From Mobula hypostoma (taxonomy: Eukaryota): a DNA stretch of 64,000 nt. Below the pieces are notes generated by a model that saw only the letters and a program-made list of their open reading frames with translations, had not been told where the DNA came from and ran no database searches. Positions 13,044-25,824 of the stretch are shown here, piece by piece; the first letter of the stretch is position 1, and the number at the start of each line of letters is the position of its first letter. The translations under genes and the position numbers were made by a program. Location of the stretch: the NCBI RefSeq assembly GCF_963921235.1, contig NC_086097.1, positions 75,456,001-75,520,000 of the forward strand. The letters run 5' to 3'.

Positions 13044-13985
13044 CTCTTTTTTTGTAATTTATTTTTTATTGAAGTTTATCATCAAACAAAACTTTCCATA
13101 AGATGTATTTCAGATACTGTACATATATATCACACAGTCATATTTGCCACAAATCTCCACATAATATTTATCTGAGGTATACACTTATAGAAAGGAGAGG
13201 AAAGAAAGAACAATCAAAAGAAGAAAACTATGTACAAAGTAGGGAATGATCTTTTTTTTACAACGTATTCATTGGCTTGTGAGAATAAAATCAGACCTAT
13301 GAGGTGTTATGTATTTAAACCATTTTTCCCAGTATGAATCAAATTGTCCCAACTTATGATTAACGGATGCTGTTATCTTCTCCATTTTGTAAATGTCCAT
13401 TGTTGTTTCTATCCATACATCTAAAGTTGGGCTTTCCTGTGATAACCATTTCCTGGTAAGGGTCTTTTTACCAGCCACCAGCAGTATATTCATTAAATAT
13501 TTAACTCTCTTCAACCATTCTTGAGGTATATACCCAAAATATATGGTCTTACTTTCTAAGGGTATTCCACATTTAAAGATGTCTTGTAGGGCATCGTGTA
13601 TCCTACTCCAATAGTCTTTGATAACGGGGCATTCCTAGAAAATATGATAATGTTTGCATTTTGATTTCCACAATTTTTCCAGCAAACAAGGAGGTTACTA
13701 TCATAATGGGAATTCTGAAAGGGTGTAATAAAATATCTCATCAAGTTTTTCCACCCGAACTCCCTCCATTTCTGTGAACTGGTACACTTCCATTGATACC
13801 TCCATATTATTGTCCATTCTTCCTCAGATATTATTATCCCTCCTTCCTGCTCCCATTTTGTTTTAATGCATGAAGTCGAATGTGTTTTAAGATTTGACAA
13901 ACCCTTATACACGCTTGAAATTATTCTACTACCGTTGTCTGAATTATATGCTTTTCTAAATAGCTCTATCAAACATGTACTTGCT

Positions 13986-14424
13986 CCAACCTGATGGCGT
14001 GAACATGGACTTCTCTAACTTCCACTAATGCCCCACCTCCCCCTCGTACCCCATCCGTTATTTATTTTTATACACACATTCTTTCTCTCACTCTCCTTTT
14101 TCTCCCTCTGTCCCTCTCACTATACCCCTTGCCCATCCTCTGGGTTCTGCCCCCCCACCCTTGTCTTTCTCCCTGGGCCTTCTGTCCCATGATCCTCTCA
14201 TATCCCCCTTGCCAATCACCTGTCCAGCTCTTGGCTCCATCCCTCTCCCTCCTGTGTCTTCTCCTATCATTTTGGTTCTCCCCCTCCCCCTCCCACTTTC
14301 AAATCTCTTACTAACTCTTCCTTCAGTTAGTCCTGACGAAGAGTCTCGGCCTGAAACGTCGACTGTACCTCTTCCTACAGATGCTGCCTGGCCTGCTGCG
14401 TTCACCAGCAACTTTGATGTGTGT
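13986..14424 (+). mobile_element. Penelope 3'/pLTR insertion inside the L1
   Basis: Flanked by 8-bp TSD tacttgct (13978-13985, 14425-14432). Removing it restores the L1 frame (VTKAS|TCLIELFRK). Starts in the GIY-YIG C-terminus (QPDGVNMDFSNF). Hammerhead at 14329-14364. Confidence 0.92.
14329..14364 (+). ncRNA. minimal type I hammerhead ribozyme
   Basis: AGUC-CUGACGA-AGA(GUCUCGG)CCU-GAAA-C-GUC-GACU. One mismatch in helix II. Confidence 0.7.
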
Positions 14425-15774
14425 TACTTGCTTTGGTTACATTTTTAACCATCCTGGTAACATACTGCTGCATCTGTAAATATCGATAAAAGTCTTGTTC
14501 TTCTAATAAGTGTTCCTCTTTGAGCATTTCAAAACTGAGCAGTGTTCCTTCTTTCATTATATTGCAAAGAACTGTTATTCCTTTAGGTGTCCAGTCCCTA
14601 AATCTGGCATCCAGTTTATTCGGCGTAAAATTTGAGTCATATGCACACCATTTAAGAATTACAATGTCTCTTTCTAGTTTATATTCTTTTATAATAGTTT
14701 TCAATATTTTAGGAGTCCAGTTCATCCACGGGTTATCAGCAGTATTTATGTAACTTTGTAGGTTGTTATCAGCCAAAATTGCCTGTATGGGGATGGAAAG
14801 TATCCTCGCCTCAATGTTTTTCTGTTGAGCGTCATATGATGGATTGCACCAGCATATCACAGCTCTCAACTGTGCTGCAAAATAGTAATCTTTAAGAGAA
14901 GGTAGGCCCCATCCCCCTTTTTCCTTGGCTAATTGCAAAGTATTGAGACGAACTCTAGGCCTTTTACCTTGCCATATACATCTTGATAGCACCTTGTTCC
15001 ATTCATTGAATTGATTTTGGTTAATCTCCATTGGTAGGGTCTGAAAGAGATATAGTAGTCTGAGCAGTATATTCATTTTAATGGATTCAATCCTTGAAAA
15101 GGAATTAGGCTCCATCTTGTTGTATCTTCCTTAATTTTTTTATATATAGGCTGATAATTGCATTCTGATAATTTTGCCAAATCTTTTGGCATAATAATGC
15201 CCAAATATTTGACAGACTCTGCCATGCCCAAGGATATCTACTTTCAATTTCTCTTGGTGGGCTATAGTTATATGAAAGTAGTTGGGTTTTATCGATGTTG
15301 ATCTTGTATCTGATAATTGGCCATATTGTTCAAAGGATTGCATCAATTCAGGTAAAGAGTATGTTGGTTGCCCTAGATAGATCAAAATGTCATCTGCATA
15401 ACAGGCCAACTTATACTCTGTCCCCTTAATAGTAATTCCCCTGATATCTTCATTTTGTCTGATGTATTAAGCTAATGGTTCCAGATATAATGCGAAGAGT
15501 AGCGGTGACCATGCACAACCGTGTCTCCTGCCCCTTTCTAGGGTAAAACTATTAGATAAATATCCATTGATTTTAATCCTAGCAGTAGGATTGTCGTATA
15601 GTGCCTGTATAGTTTTAATAATTGTGTCATGTAGACCAAATCTATGAAAAACTCTGTAAAGAAAATTCCAATTGACCAAATCAAATGTCTTTTCAGCGTC
15701 TGCGCTTATTACTATTGCTTCAATTTCATTTTTTTTTATATGATCCAGAAGTACAAGATGACATTTCCAACAAA

Positions 15775-16330
15775 ACGCACCTTCTGTAGAAGTAAGGCAA
15801 CAATGGACTGAGGCACAGTAGAAGGAAGCCCGCTCTACAACAAGTTCATGGGCATCGACATCTCAAAGCATCAATCATAGGCCCACCATATTGATGCAAT
15901 TACGACAAAGGTACGGCAGCAACTAGACCTCATTAGGAGTTTGAGGAGATTTTGTATGTCACCAAAGACGAGTAAATTTCTACAAATTTACTGGGGTGAG
16001 GACCTCCTTTGGTTGTGTCACCATCTGGTATGGAGGCATCAATGTGTAGGATTGTAAGAGGCTTCAGAGGATTGTAGACACAGTTTCAGATCTTTGGTGA
16101 GACCACATTAAGTAATCTATCATCTCACATAGATTTCTATTTCCAAAGATATTTATTAGATAGTCTATCTTCTCACCTGAATCTATATTTCTCACCTAGA
16201 TATTTCCAAAGGTAATGCCTCAGGAAGATGCCATCCATCATTAAAAATCCTCACCATCCAAGACATGTCCTCATCTCATTACTACCATCAAGGAGGAGGT
16301 ACAGGAGCCTGAAGACCCAAACTCAATGTC
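15775..16330 (+). mobile_element. Rex1/Babar LINE fragment
   Basis: Degenerate match to the Rex1 C-terminus (SIIKNPHHPRHVLISLLPSRRRYRSLKT). Confidence 0.7.
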
Positions 16331-16444
16331 TTCTTGCCATATCCTTTGGTGCCCTGACCGTTCAGGAAACAATCAACTTCCACCTTAAATATTGCAGGCC
16401 TTTTTCTGTCACCTTTCTATATATAGTATATATAGCTTTAATAA

Positions 16445-17440
16445 CACTGGACAACAAAGATTTTGCTTCCGGAATACCTTTAGGTGTATCTTATGAATTT
16501 TGGGCTACTGATCATGAAAATCACCATGAAATTTCCCTATCACCCACCATTTTTTTAATAAACTTATGCTTATTATTTCAATTCATAATCAAGTCAATTT
16601 AAATGTTGCCTACAATGTAAGCTGGAAAGTTTCCTATCTTGTCCAGGCAGCTTAGGCAGTGAGGCTGCTGCATGGCAGGACAGGTTTTAGTAATTATTCT
16701 TGGGTTCGGGACTGTAAGGATGGAATTTGCTATCACCAGGCACAAAAATTTCTATGAAGGATTTTGATATTTGAGACAGATGCTTCCCAGAATAACTGAT
16801 GCCAAGATTAAGGAAAGCATTTTTGTTGGTCCACAAATCAAACAGGTCATCTATGACAGGCAATTTGAAGAATTTCTAGTGGGACCGGAGAAAATCACAT
16901 GGAAGGCATTCAAGGAAGTTGTTGAATTTTTTCTCGGCATCTACAGAGCACCAAACTACATGCAGCTGGTTGAAAGCATGCTTCAAGCATGTAAAACCAT
17001 GAAATGCAACATGTCACTAAAGAATCATTTTCTGCATTCCCATTTAGACTTCTTCCTTGCAAATCTTGGTGCTGTTAGTGACGAGCATGGTGAAAGGTTT
17101 CACCAGGACATTGCGGTCATCGAAAAAAGATATCAGGGCAACTGGAATCCATCAATGCTGGCAAATTATTGTTGGACACTTAAGTGAGAAGCCTCAGACA
17201 CTGAGTACAAATGAAAATCATTAACAAAGTACTTTTAACATAGTTGAACTATTGTGAAGCATTAGCACCATTATACAATTAAACACATTATATTCAATAG
17301 AAGTTAATTTGTTGTTTCTCCAAATTCTTGCATGATACAAATAGTCTGAAATTATATTTGTGTTCATCTTCAAGCAGTCTATCATAAACAAAATAAAATT
17401 ATGAGGATGCAACACTTTTGAAAAAATTTGTTGTCCGGTG
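16445..17440 (+). mobile_element. Chapaev3 (CMC) DNA transposon, internally deleted
   Basis: TIRs cactggacaacaaa / tttgttgtccggtg (CAC...GTG termini, 13/14 match). 3-bp TAA TSD (16442-16444, 17441-17443). Contains a transposase C-terminal ORF. Confidence 0.88.
16771..17187 (+). pseudogene. Chapaev3 transposase C-terminal fragment
   Basis: KIKESIFVGPQI...MSLKNHFLHSHLDFF..NLGAVSDEHGERFHQDI..IEKRYQG.WN..MLANYCW, recognised from memory as Chapaev3-type transposase. Confidence 0.85.
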
Positions 17441-17899
17441 TAACAGGTAGGCTGGCACCGGTGAAGTGTTGGCCAGTTTTAACTACCCATTGTTGGTCCA
17501 TTTGTTTGCCGCAGTGCAGTTTCTGTACAACATGGTGACACAGCATGTTAGGATGTTCTGATATCTGAAACTCTGTCAAATTTCTGTAGCTTTTATTTAT
17601 TTTATCAATGATTTTTCAACATTGCATGCGAATGCCATGTGATATCAAAATTTATTTGCTGAGGAAATGTTGAACAAGGTTGATTATGTTCATTGGTGAA
17701 GGGACTTCAAGTTGAGCAAGTTAAGGGATAGGAGAGAGTTTAAAACGCAATAGCTCAGCAAAAGCTAGTGAGAATAAAAACAATAAACTCTAATGAAAAT
17801 CAATTTATGAACGAGAGACTGTTCCAGAAAACGTTTTTTTTTCGAATAAATGGAACTGAACGATGAAGTTTGAAGTGATGTGAATGTAGTTGTAAAGTC

Positions 17900-19310
17900 C
17901 TTAATAGGAAACTTTAAACCTGACTGAAACAGAATAAACTCCATTCAAAAGTTGTAAATTGGCTTCTAAATTGGTTGGATAATGGGAAGTGGAGATTAGC
18001 TATCAATAGTAATTGTTATAATTGGACATCTGTGACTATGAAGTCTCCTAGGGATCAGGCCTGAGATTCCTACTGTTTGTAATATTCATTAATGATTTGA
18101 TTAAGATAGAGAAAGAAAATTTTCATAATTGCAAGATAATATGAAATTCAGAAGTTGACATAAATGGCCATTTTTCATTGGAGTGATTTAACAATGTGCT
18201 AATTAAGAACAAGATAAAAGTTTAAACAAAAAGCGTATATTTAACAATTTATCAGCAACGCAAAATATTTATGGTATCCAACAAAAAAGACTAAACGAAA
18301 CTACAAATATGTGAGGTAGTGGTTCAATTATCTATAACTATGGGTGGGAGTTTAATGATCGGTATAGAAATGAACAGCCGAGTGTTTCTCCCATGCTATA
18401 AATTTCTACAATCCTATGAAATCATGAAGCATGAACAAATTGCCAACATTTATATTCCATCTACTTTATAATTCCATTGTCTTTGACATTTGTGTACCTG
18501 TACGTAACCTCTGTGTGCTATGAGGACCCTCAGTACAATAGCATTTCATCATCTCTCTCTCTCTGTTAAAGCAACATTCTGATTTCCCTGTCAATTTGTA
18601 ACCTCATAAGTCCCCACATCTGCCAATTTTTTACACACTCACTTAACTTTTCAATATTCATTTGCAGACTTTTTGCAGCTTCCTCTCTGATTTAACTTTC
18701 CTATTAATCTTTTTATCATGAGCAAATTTGGCAGCAATATACATGATCCATTCATATGATTCATTAATATAGATTGTAAATAATTGAGGCCCTACCAACA
18801 TTCCTGTGGCACTCATTAGTTATAGCTTACCATTCAGAAAATAACCCATTTATCGAACTCCGTTGAATAGCCAATTCTCTGCCCAGGCTAATTTATCATT
18901 CCAATGCCATAAACATTTACATTCTAGTATAACCTTTAATGTTGCTCTATAATGAAGGCTTTCCTGAAATCCAAATACATTACATCAACTATTTTCCATT
19001 TATTCATCCTACTTATTAATTCCTCAAAGAATTCAAAGAAATTCACCATGCACAGTAATTCTTTCATAAATCCATGATGACTTTGGTTTTATTATCACTG
19101 ACAAAATGTTGTGTTACTGCTTTAACAATAGTTTCCAAGAAACAGAAGCAGGAATAGATGATTCAGCCAAGGCTGACCTTTTACCTCAGTACCATGTTCC
19201 TCCCCCAACCACTTATCCTTTGATTCTCTTAATATCAGAACAGCTGTCAATCTCAATCGTGGGGATACTCAACAAATGGGTCTCCACAGCCTCCCAGAAT
19301 AGATGGTAGT
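17900..19310. mobile_element. cluster of old CR1 fragments (both strands)
   Basis: Degenerate similarity to the RT and 3' regions of the CR1 at 36178-39035, e.g. ttcctgaaatccaaatac near 18962 and a GSGL.FLLF.IFINDL-like stretch near 18050-18100. Confidence 0.5.
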
Positions 19311-20955
19311 CTCTGTTTACCTGAAAGAATTAGGACACCTGGTTGAGAGGGGCCACAGGAACAACCTCTTACTCAATCTCAGTAAAAATAAAAAGCTGGA
19401 TATTGACTTCAAGAAGGACAAAAAGGATGAAGGTGCATCAGCCTACATTGGGGGTCGGCAGTGGAAAGAGTCAGTGGCTTTAAATTCCTGAACATTGGAA
19501 TATCACAAGTCCTGTCCTGAAATCAACACATAGGTGTATTCATAAGGGAAACATTTCTTAGAAATTTAAGGAAGCTTGACTTGTCACCAAACACTATTAC
19601 AAACATCTACAGATATTTTATTGAAAGTTTCCTGATTGGTTGCATAACGACCTGATTCAGCAATTTGAATGTACAGGAACATTAGAAGCTGCAAAGTGTA
19701 GTGGATTCTGTCAAAAAAAATCACTGTTCATCCCTTGCTATCATTGGTTGTATCTATAGGAAGTGCTGCCTCATGATGGAACATCTATCAGAAACAGAAT
19801 CACGTTTATTATCACTAATATATGTCATGAAATATGTTGTTTTGTGGGAACAGTACAGTGTAATAAATATTTCTATAAATTACAATAAAAAGATATAAAA
19901 ATAAATAAATCGTGCAAAAAGAGAGCAAAAGATTGAGGTCATGTTCATGGATTAATGCACCATTCAGAAATCTGACGTCAAGGGAAAAAACAGTCATAAA
20001 TTATTAAGTGTGCATCTTCACACTCCTGTATCTCCTACCTGGTAGTAGTAATAAGAAGAACGCATGTCCTGGATGGTGAGGCTCCTTCATGATGGATGCC
20101 ACTTTCTTGAGTCATCGCCTTTTGAAGGATGTCCTTGATGACAGAGAGACTAGTGCCCTTGATGGAGTTGGCTGAGTTTTCCACCCTTTGCAGCTTTATC
20201 CAATCTTGTATGTTGGCACCTCAATGCCAGACAGTGATGCAACTAGTCAGAATGCTCTCCATGGTACATCTGTAAAATGTTTCTGGAACCTTTTGCAACA
20301 TACCAAATCTCCTCAGACTCCTAATGAAATATGGCTGCTAGCATGCCTGCTTCATAATTGCATCAATACGTTGGGCCCAAGATAGATCTTCTGAGATGTT
20401 GACCCCCTGGAGCTTGAAGCAACTCTCTCTTTCCACTGCCAACGTTCAATGAGGACTGCTATGTGTTCTCCTGATTTCCCCTTTCTGAAGTTCACAATCA
20501 ATTCCTTGGTCGTTTTGATATTGAATGCAAGGTTGTTGTAACACCAGTCAACCAGACAATCTATCTCACTCCTTCCTATATGCCTCCTCGGTACCATCCA
20601 ATGGACTCACCATCTTTTCACAGCTACTATCAGGCAGGAGGTACAAAAACCTGAAGTTCCACAACACCAGTCTCAAAAGCACTTACGTCCCTTCAACCAA
20701 AACCCTCATCACTACAGGTTGGCAACACCGTGACCACTATTCACTTTGCACTAAAGTAGTCTTTGTTTTTTTTTGTTCTAATTGTGTTATTTCTTGTAAA
20801 AAAAATCATATAATTTATGTTTGATTCATGTTTTTCTTGAGAATTCTACCTATATAATGCCATGTGTCCGTGTTGCTGCTGCAAGTAAGTTTTTCATAGG
20901 CTCTGTGCAGACATGTACTTGTGTGTATGACAATAAACGCCACTTTAGACTTCAG
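19310..20955. mobile_element. cluster of Rex1/Babar fragments (about 19310-19790 +, 19790-20600 -, 20600-20955 +)
   Basis: NNLLLNLSKNKKLDIDF, WCYNNLAFNIKTTKELIVNFRK and SQLLSGRRYK motifs, plus Rex1-type 3' UTRs. Confidence 0.75.
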
Positions 20956-21084
20956 AGAAATACAAAGATTCACTGCCCTCTGGCGGGAAAAATGATAATT
21001 AAGTACAAATCTATTTTCTTAATCCATTTTTCTAAGTTTCAAATAGTGTGACGTTGATACCAATAGAGAAATGTAAAATAGTTA

Positions 21085-22130
21085 CCAATTGAAAGGCCTA
21101 TATAGAGCGGGTGTGGAGAGTATGTTTCTAACTGTGGGAGGTTCTAGGACCAGAGGGCAGAGCCTGAGAATAGAAGGACGTCAATTTAGAACAGAGATGA
21201 GGAGGGATGTCTTTCGTTAGAGGGCAGTAAATCTAGGGAATTCATTGCCAAACACAGCGATGGAGGTCAAGTCCTTGGGTGTGTTTAAAGCAGAGGTTGA
21301 TATAGTGGGCTCTTGATTAGTAAGAGTGTCAGGGTTACATGGAGAAGGCAGGAGAATGGGGCTGAGAGGGAAAATTATTGAGCCATAATCAAATGGCGGA
21401 GCTGAGAAACAACAGGCTGAATGGTCTAATTTTGCTCCTTTTATGGCCTTATGGTCTTATGATAAATCTCTTGAGAAATTAATAGTCAAGGAGTCAAACT
21501 GCAGGAACACAGGTCTTTCAGCTCACAATGAATCTGCCAGCCTTCACATGCCCACCTATGTTCATTCCATTTCCCAGCACTTGACCCATTGCCTTCATTA
21601 CTTGAAAGGAGCATTTCAGGTGCTCATTAAATACATTCCTCAAGCACCTTCTCAGGTAGCTTCAGGGTTCAACTACCTTCTGGGTGAAAAAATTCTTCCT
21701 CAAATCTTTTCAAAATCTCTTTTCACATACTGGAAACCCATGCCTGCTAATTATGGACATCTCTGCTTAGAGGAAAAGTTTCTCACTGTATGGTCTATCT
21801 CTACCATTCATAATTTTGTGTGATATTTGAAGCCTCTAATCAACATTTTCCTCTCCAAGGAAAACAAGCCCAGTCAATCCAGGATCTCCTCATAGCTGAA
21901 ATTCTTCATCCCAACTAAGGACTTTGTGGATCTCCTCTGCAGCTTGTCCAGTACCATTCTGCAGTGTGGTGACTGGATTTGCCCAAAGTACTCCAAAGTA
22001 GTGAATTGATGTTTATATACACGTTTGTAGTTATACCATAATTCGACAATCCCCCTCCCACTACTCTTGCATTCTGTGCCCTGACTAATGAAGTCCTGTA
22101 CACATATACCTTCTTATCTATCTTGTCTAA
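21085..22130. mobile_element. two CR1 3' fragments, tail to tail (about 21085-21462 +, 21500-22130 -)
   Basis: Plus copy encodes SRTRGQSLRIEGRQFRTEMRR and ends in a cttatggtcttatg tail. The minus copy is degenerate. Confidence 0.7.
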
Positions 22131-22139
22131 CAAACAAGT

Positions 22140-25100
22140 TGGAATGGAGGTCAACAGGAACCCAGGAGTGCCGTTTGAACGCTGTTGAGAGGCCGACCCG
22201 GCAGCCATGGCATCAGGAATGAAATCACCTGGCTCTCGTAATGTTTGTCCATATCTCAACACTGCCCTGGACAACTGCAGGTCCTCTTTTGGAGCTGTTC
22301 TGAACCCCAACAAGACCCATGGGAGATGATCATGCCAACACTCATCCATCAGGGAAGCCCTCAGAGCAGCCCTTAGGGAATGGTAAAACCACTTGCAAAG
22401 ACCATTGGATTGCAGATGATATGTCATGGTGTGACGTAGCCGAATGACAAGGTTCTGGGCCATCGCAGCCTAGAGGCCTGAAATGAGCTGGGGACCAGGG
22501 TCAAAGGAAATATCAAATGGGGTGCCAAACCGAGCATCCCAAGTACTGATGAACGCTGAAGCTATATCTGCGACCGTCATCGATGCTAGAGGGACGACCT
22601 CTGCCCAGGTGGTGATATGGTCCACCATGATAAGGAGATGTGTGAAACTGCAGGAGAGGGGAAGAGGACCAACAAGGTCCACATTGACATGGTCAAACTG
22701 TCACTCAGGGACCTCTAAAGGTGCCAATGGTGCCTGAACATGACGGTTAATTTCTGACCACTGGCACTCCACACAGGCTGCAATCCAATTGCGCACGTCC
22801 TTTCAGAGGGCATGCAAAACAAAATTTAGTGGAACCATTTTCTATGTGGCCACGTCTAGAGTCCAGAATAGTCCATCTCCAGTTTGTGGACATGATGGGG
22901 CAAGGGCTACCAGCTGAGACATCATGCAGGAGAGATCCCCGCCTTCCCAGAACTTCATGTCAGCTGACTGCAGGCCCATGACTGCTGTTCGGTAAACATG
23001 GACCTCCGGGCCAGTAGCTTGGTTGGCTGCCATACTGACATAATCAACTCCTGAGTATATGCTGGCCATGAAAGGCAATCGGCCACACCATTGTTTTTCC
23101 ACTTGCTATGTTGTAAATCAGTTGTGAACCTGGATATGTAGGCCAGATGGTGTTGCTGCCGTACAGACCAAGGGTCTGATAGTTTGGCCATTGCATACAC
23201 GAGGGATTTGTGGTCAACAAGCACTGTGAAATGGCGACCCTTTAGAAGAAAATAAAAATGGTGACAGCCAGATAGAGCCCGAGAAGTTCACGGTCAAACA
23301 TGCTGTACCTCCTTTCAGGAGGACGGAGCTGTCGTCTGAAGAAGACAACCAGCTGACACATGCCTCTGACCAACTGTTCAAGCACAGCACCCACAGCATA
23401 GTCTGAAGCATCAGTAGTAATGGCTATAGGTGCATTGTGGAGCAGGTACACCAGAAGGGTCACATTAGAAAGCGCTCATTTGGTATCATCAAATGCCCTG
23501 GTCATGTCTGATGACCAGTCAAGCACTTGATTAGAGATATTGTCTTTAAATGCACTATACAGCATAAGTTCAGCAGCTCATGGAATGAAACAGTGATAGA
23601 AATTCACCACACCTAAAACTCCTGTATTTTTTTATAATGCGGAGCAGTGGGAAATCCATAATAGCAGCTACTACTGATGGGATGGGTTTCGCACCTTCTG
23701 TGGAAAGTCAATGGATGACAACCCAAACTGGCATTTGGCAGGGTTAATGAAAAGTGTGCAGAGATGAGATACGTGTTTGCATTTGGACGCACTACTGACA
23801 AGTATGTCATCCAGGTAAACAAAAAGAAAATCTAAGTCTATTAACACAGAGTCCATCAGCCGCTGGAAAGTCTGTGTTGTGCTTTTCAGTCCAAACAACA
23901 TGTGCAGAAACTCAAAGGCCAAAAACAGTTATTACAGCTGCTTTGGGAATGCCCTCCGAGCACAAAGGCACCTGATGGTATCCCCTAACTAGACTGACTT
24001 TGAAAAAAATTAACTTTCCATCTAAATGTGCCAAAAAGACTTGGATGTGTGGAATTGGCTAACAATTGGGATGGTGGCCTCATTAAGCCTTCAGTAATCA
24101 CCACATGTGCAGCAACCACCATCAGACTAAGGAACCAGATGGAAGGGTGAAGCCCAGGGGCTATTCAACCTGCGTACAATTCCAAGTCTTTCCATGTTGG
24201 CAAACTCAGCCTTCAAGTTTTCCAGCTTTTCTGAGTCCAGTCTACGTGTGCAGGCATAGACTGGTGGTCCAGTTGCACATATGTGGTGCTCAATCCCATG
24301 TTTTCTGACTATAGTTGAGAATGTGGGCTTGGTGAGGTCTGTCAATTCACCCAGCAGTCAAGTAAACTCACATGTAGTGGTACGTGCGCTTGACAGAGTT
24401 GTTGTGGGGAAGTTACCCAAAGTCCTAGACATCCACAAGCCGATAGTTCATAAGATTGACTAACAGTCCTTGGGCACGCAGGAAATCTGCACCAAGCAGA
24501 GGTGTAGCCACTTTAGCCAGGACAAAGTTGCATGTGTAACATCGTGCACTGAAGCAAAGCGTCACCCATCATGTACTGTGAATCTGGAGCCTGTTGCCAT
24601 TGGTGGCCACCAGTGGGATTTCATCGCTCGTTTCCTTCTCATCAATAGGCAATGCTGACAGTTCACTCACTTGAGCACCCATGTCACACAGGAAACAGTA
24701 CTCTGAAAGGGAGTCTGTAATGAACAGCAGATGACCCTGGCAGCTGGAACCCACGGTGTTCACAGACCTCTGATGTCCCATTGTTGAAGCTGCAAGGTGA
24801 TTATCACTTCCTAGCATTCCTACCAAAGCGAACGTAGTAAAAGCACAGACCCGGTGTTGTCTGTTTCGCAGCCACAGGCATCCTTATTTTGGTAGCCTGG
24901 CTAACTGGCCTTACAGAGGTAGAGAAGGGAAGAGGAATGATGCACCACTGCCTAGCTGAGTGTAGACTATCCGCCATTTTAGCAAGCTCCATATAGTCCT
25001 CAGGGCTGCATTAGTGAGGGCTGCATGAACTTGATGAGGTATTTGCTGCGTGAAGAGTTCTTTAAAAATAAAACAATGATGGTGATTTCCCAGGAGAGAT

Positions 25101-25680
25101 GGCTTGTGATCCATTAGCACTGACAGCTTAGCGTCGCCAAGGCCGGGCAAGGAGAGCAACTGTTTGGTGCACTCAGGCTCCAATAGCCCTGAAGTCTATA
25201 AAAGGTGAGTTTTCCATGATCAGTGCTTATCGTGTTCAGACGAGTGTTCAAGTAGACTCACCACTCTCACAGCTGTGGAACTGCTGAGTGACACTACCAC
25301 GTGGTTGGATTTGGTGTCATCGGCTGTGACTTCTCGCAGAACAAATTGGGCCTCATCCTGTACAAACCAACTGACTGCATTTAGCTCCCAAAACTCCAGC
25401 AGTTTCAAAACGACATATTCAATAATTCTGGAATCGTCTGAGAGTATCAGGGTCACCAAAAGCAGGGTTTCACCAATAAAACAAAGTGAAGCATTTTATA
25501 TTTAACCCGTAACACATTTCATTGAATTCCAAACCCTACACAAAAAAGCATGCTAAAAAAATCTTTACTTAATAACAACATCGTGTCAGACCAGCCTCTT
25601 AAAGTGAAACCCCATCTCAATATTGGCGGTTGTGAATTACAGTATGCATGTACATTTCTCCCATTTACGTGACCCTCCCA
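22140..25680 (-). mobile_element. decayed Ty3/Gypsy element (CsRN1-like), 3'-truncated
   Basis: PBS tggtgaccctga at 25458-25447. Gag LKLLEFW..WFVQDEAQF, CFYY knuckle remnant, protease FLCDMGAQVS, RT YLDDIL, RNase H TTDAS/DRELL, integrase DLVGPLP/QSNGL. Probable 5' LTR about 25462-25680. Confidence 0.88.
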
Positions 25681-25824
25681 ATGTTGCAGCTCTCATTTTT
25701 CAGAAATAGATTTCAGCTGACCTATCCTTTTGTTCCCACTCACTAGAATATTGCAACAGAAGTAATTGAGCAATTACGGTCTTGGAAATTTTGCTTAACA
25801 ATCAGTTATTTAGCTTCCTAAATT

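Larger units (their letters stand above)
13047..15746 (-). mobile_element. 5'-truncated, decayed L1-clade LINE
   Basis: Frameshifted ORF2 pieces: DAEKTFD, RGRRHGCAWSPLLF, YADDILIY, KEKGGWGLPSL, CWKNCG, LLVAGKK. A-rich tail at about 13047-13070. Interrupted by a Penelope insertion. Confidence 0.9.

Noticed and set aside
14088..14448. Recurrent ORFs such as MLVNAAGQAAS and SPDEGSRPETSTV (also near 34775, 46376, 60013)
   Set aside because: Translations of the non-coding Penelope pLTR and hammerhead; they recur only because the repeat recurs.
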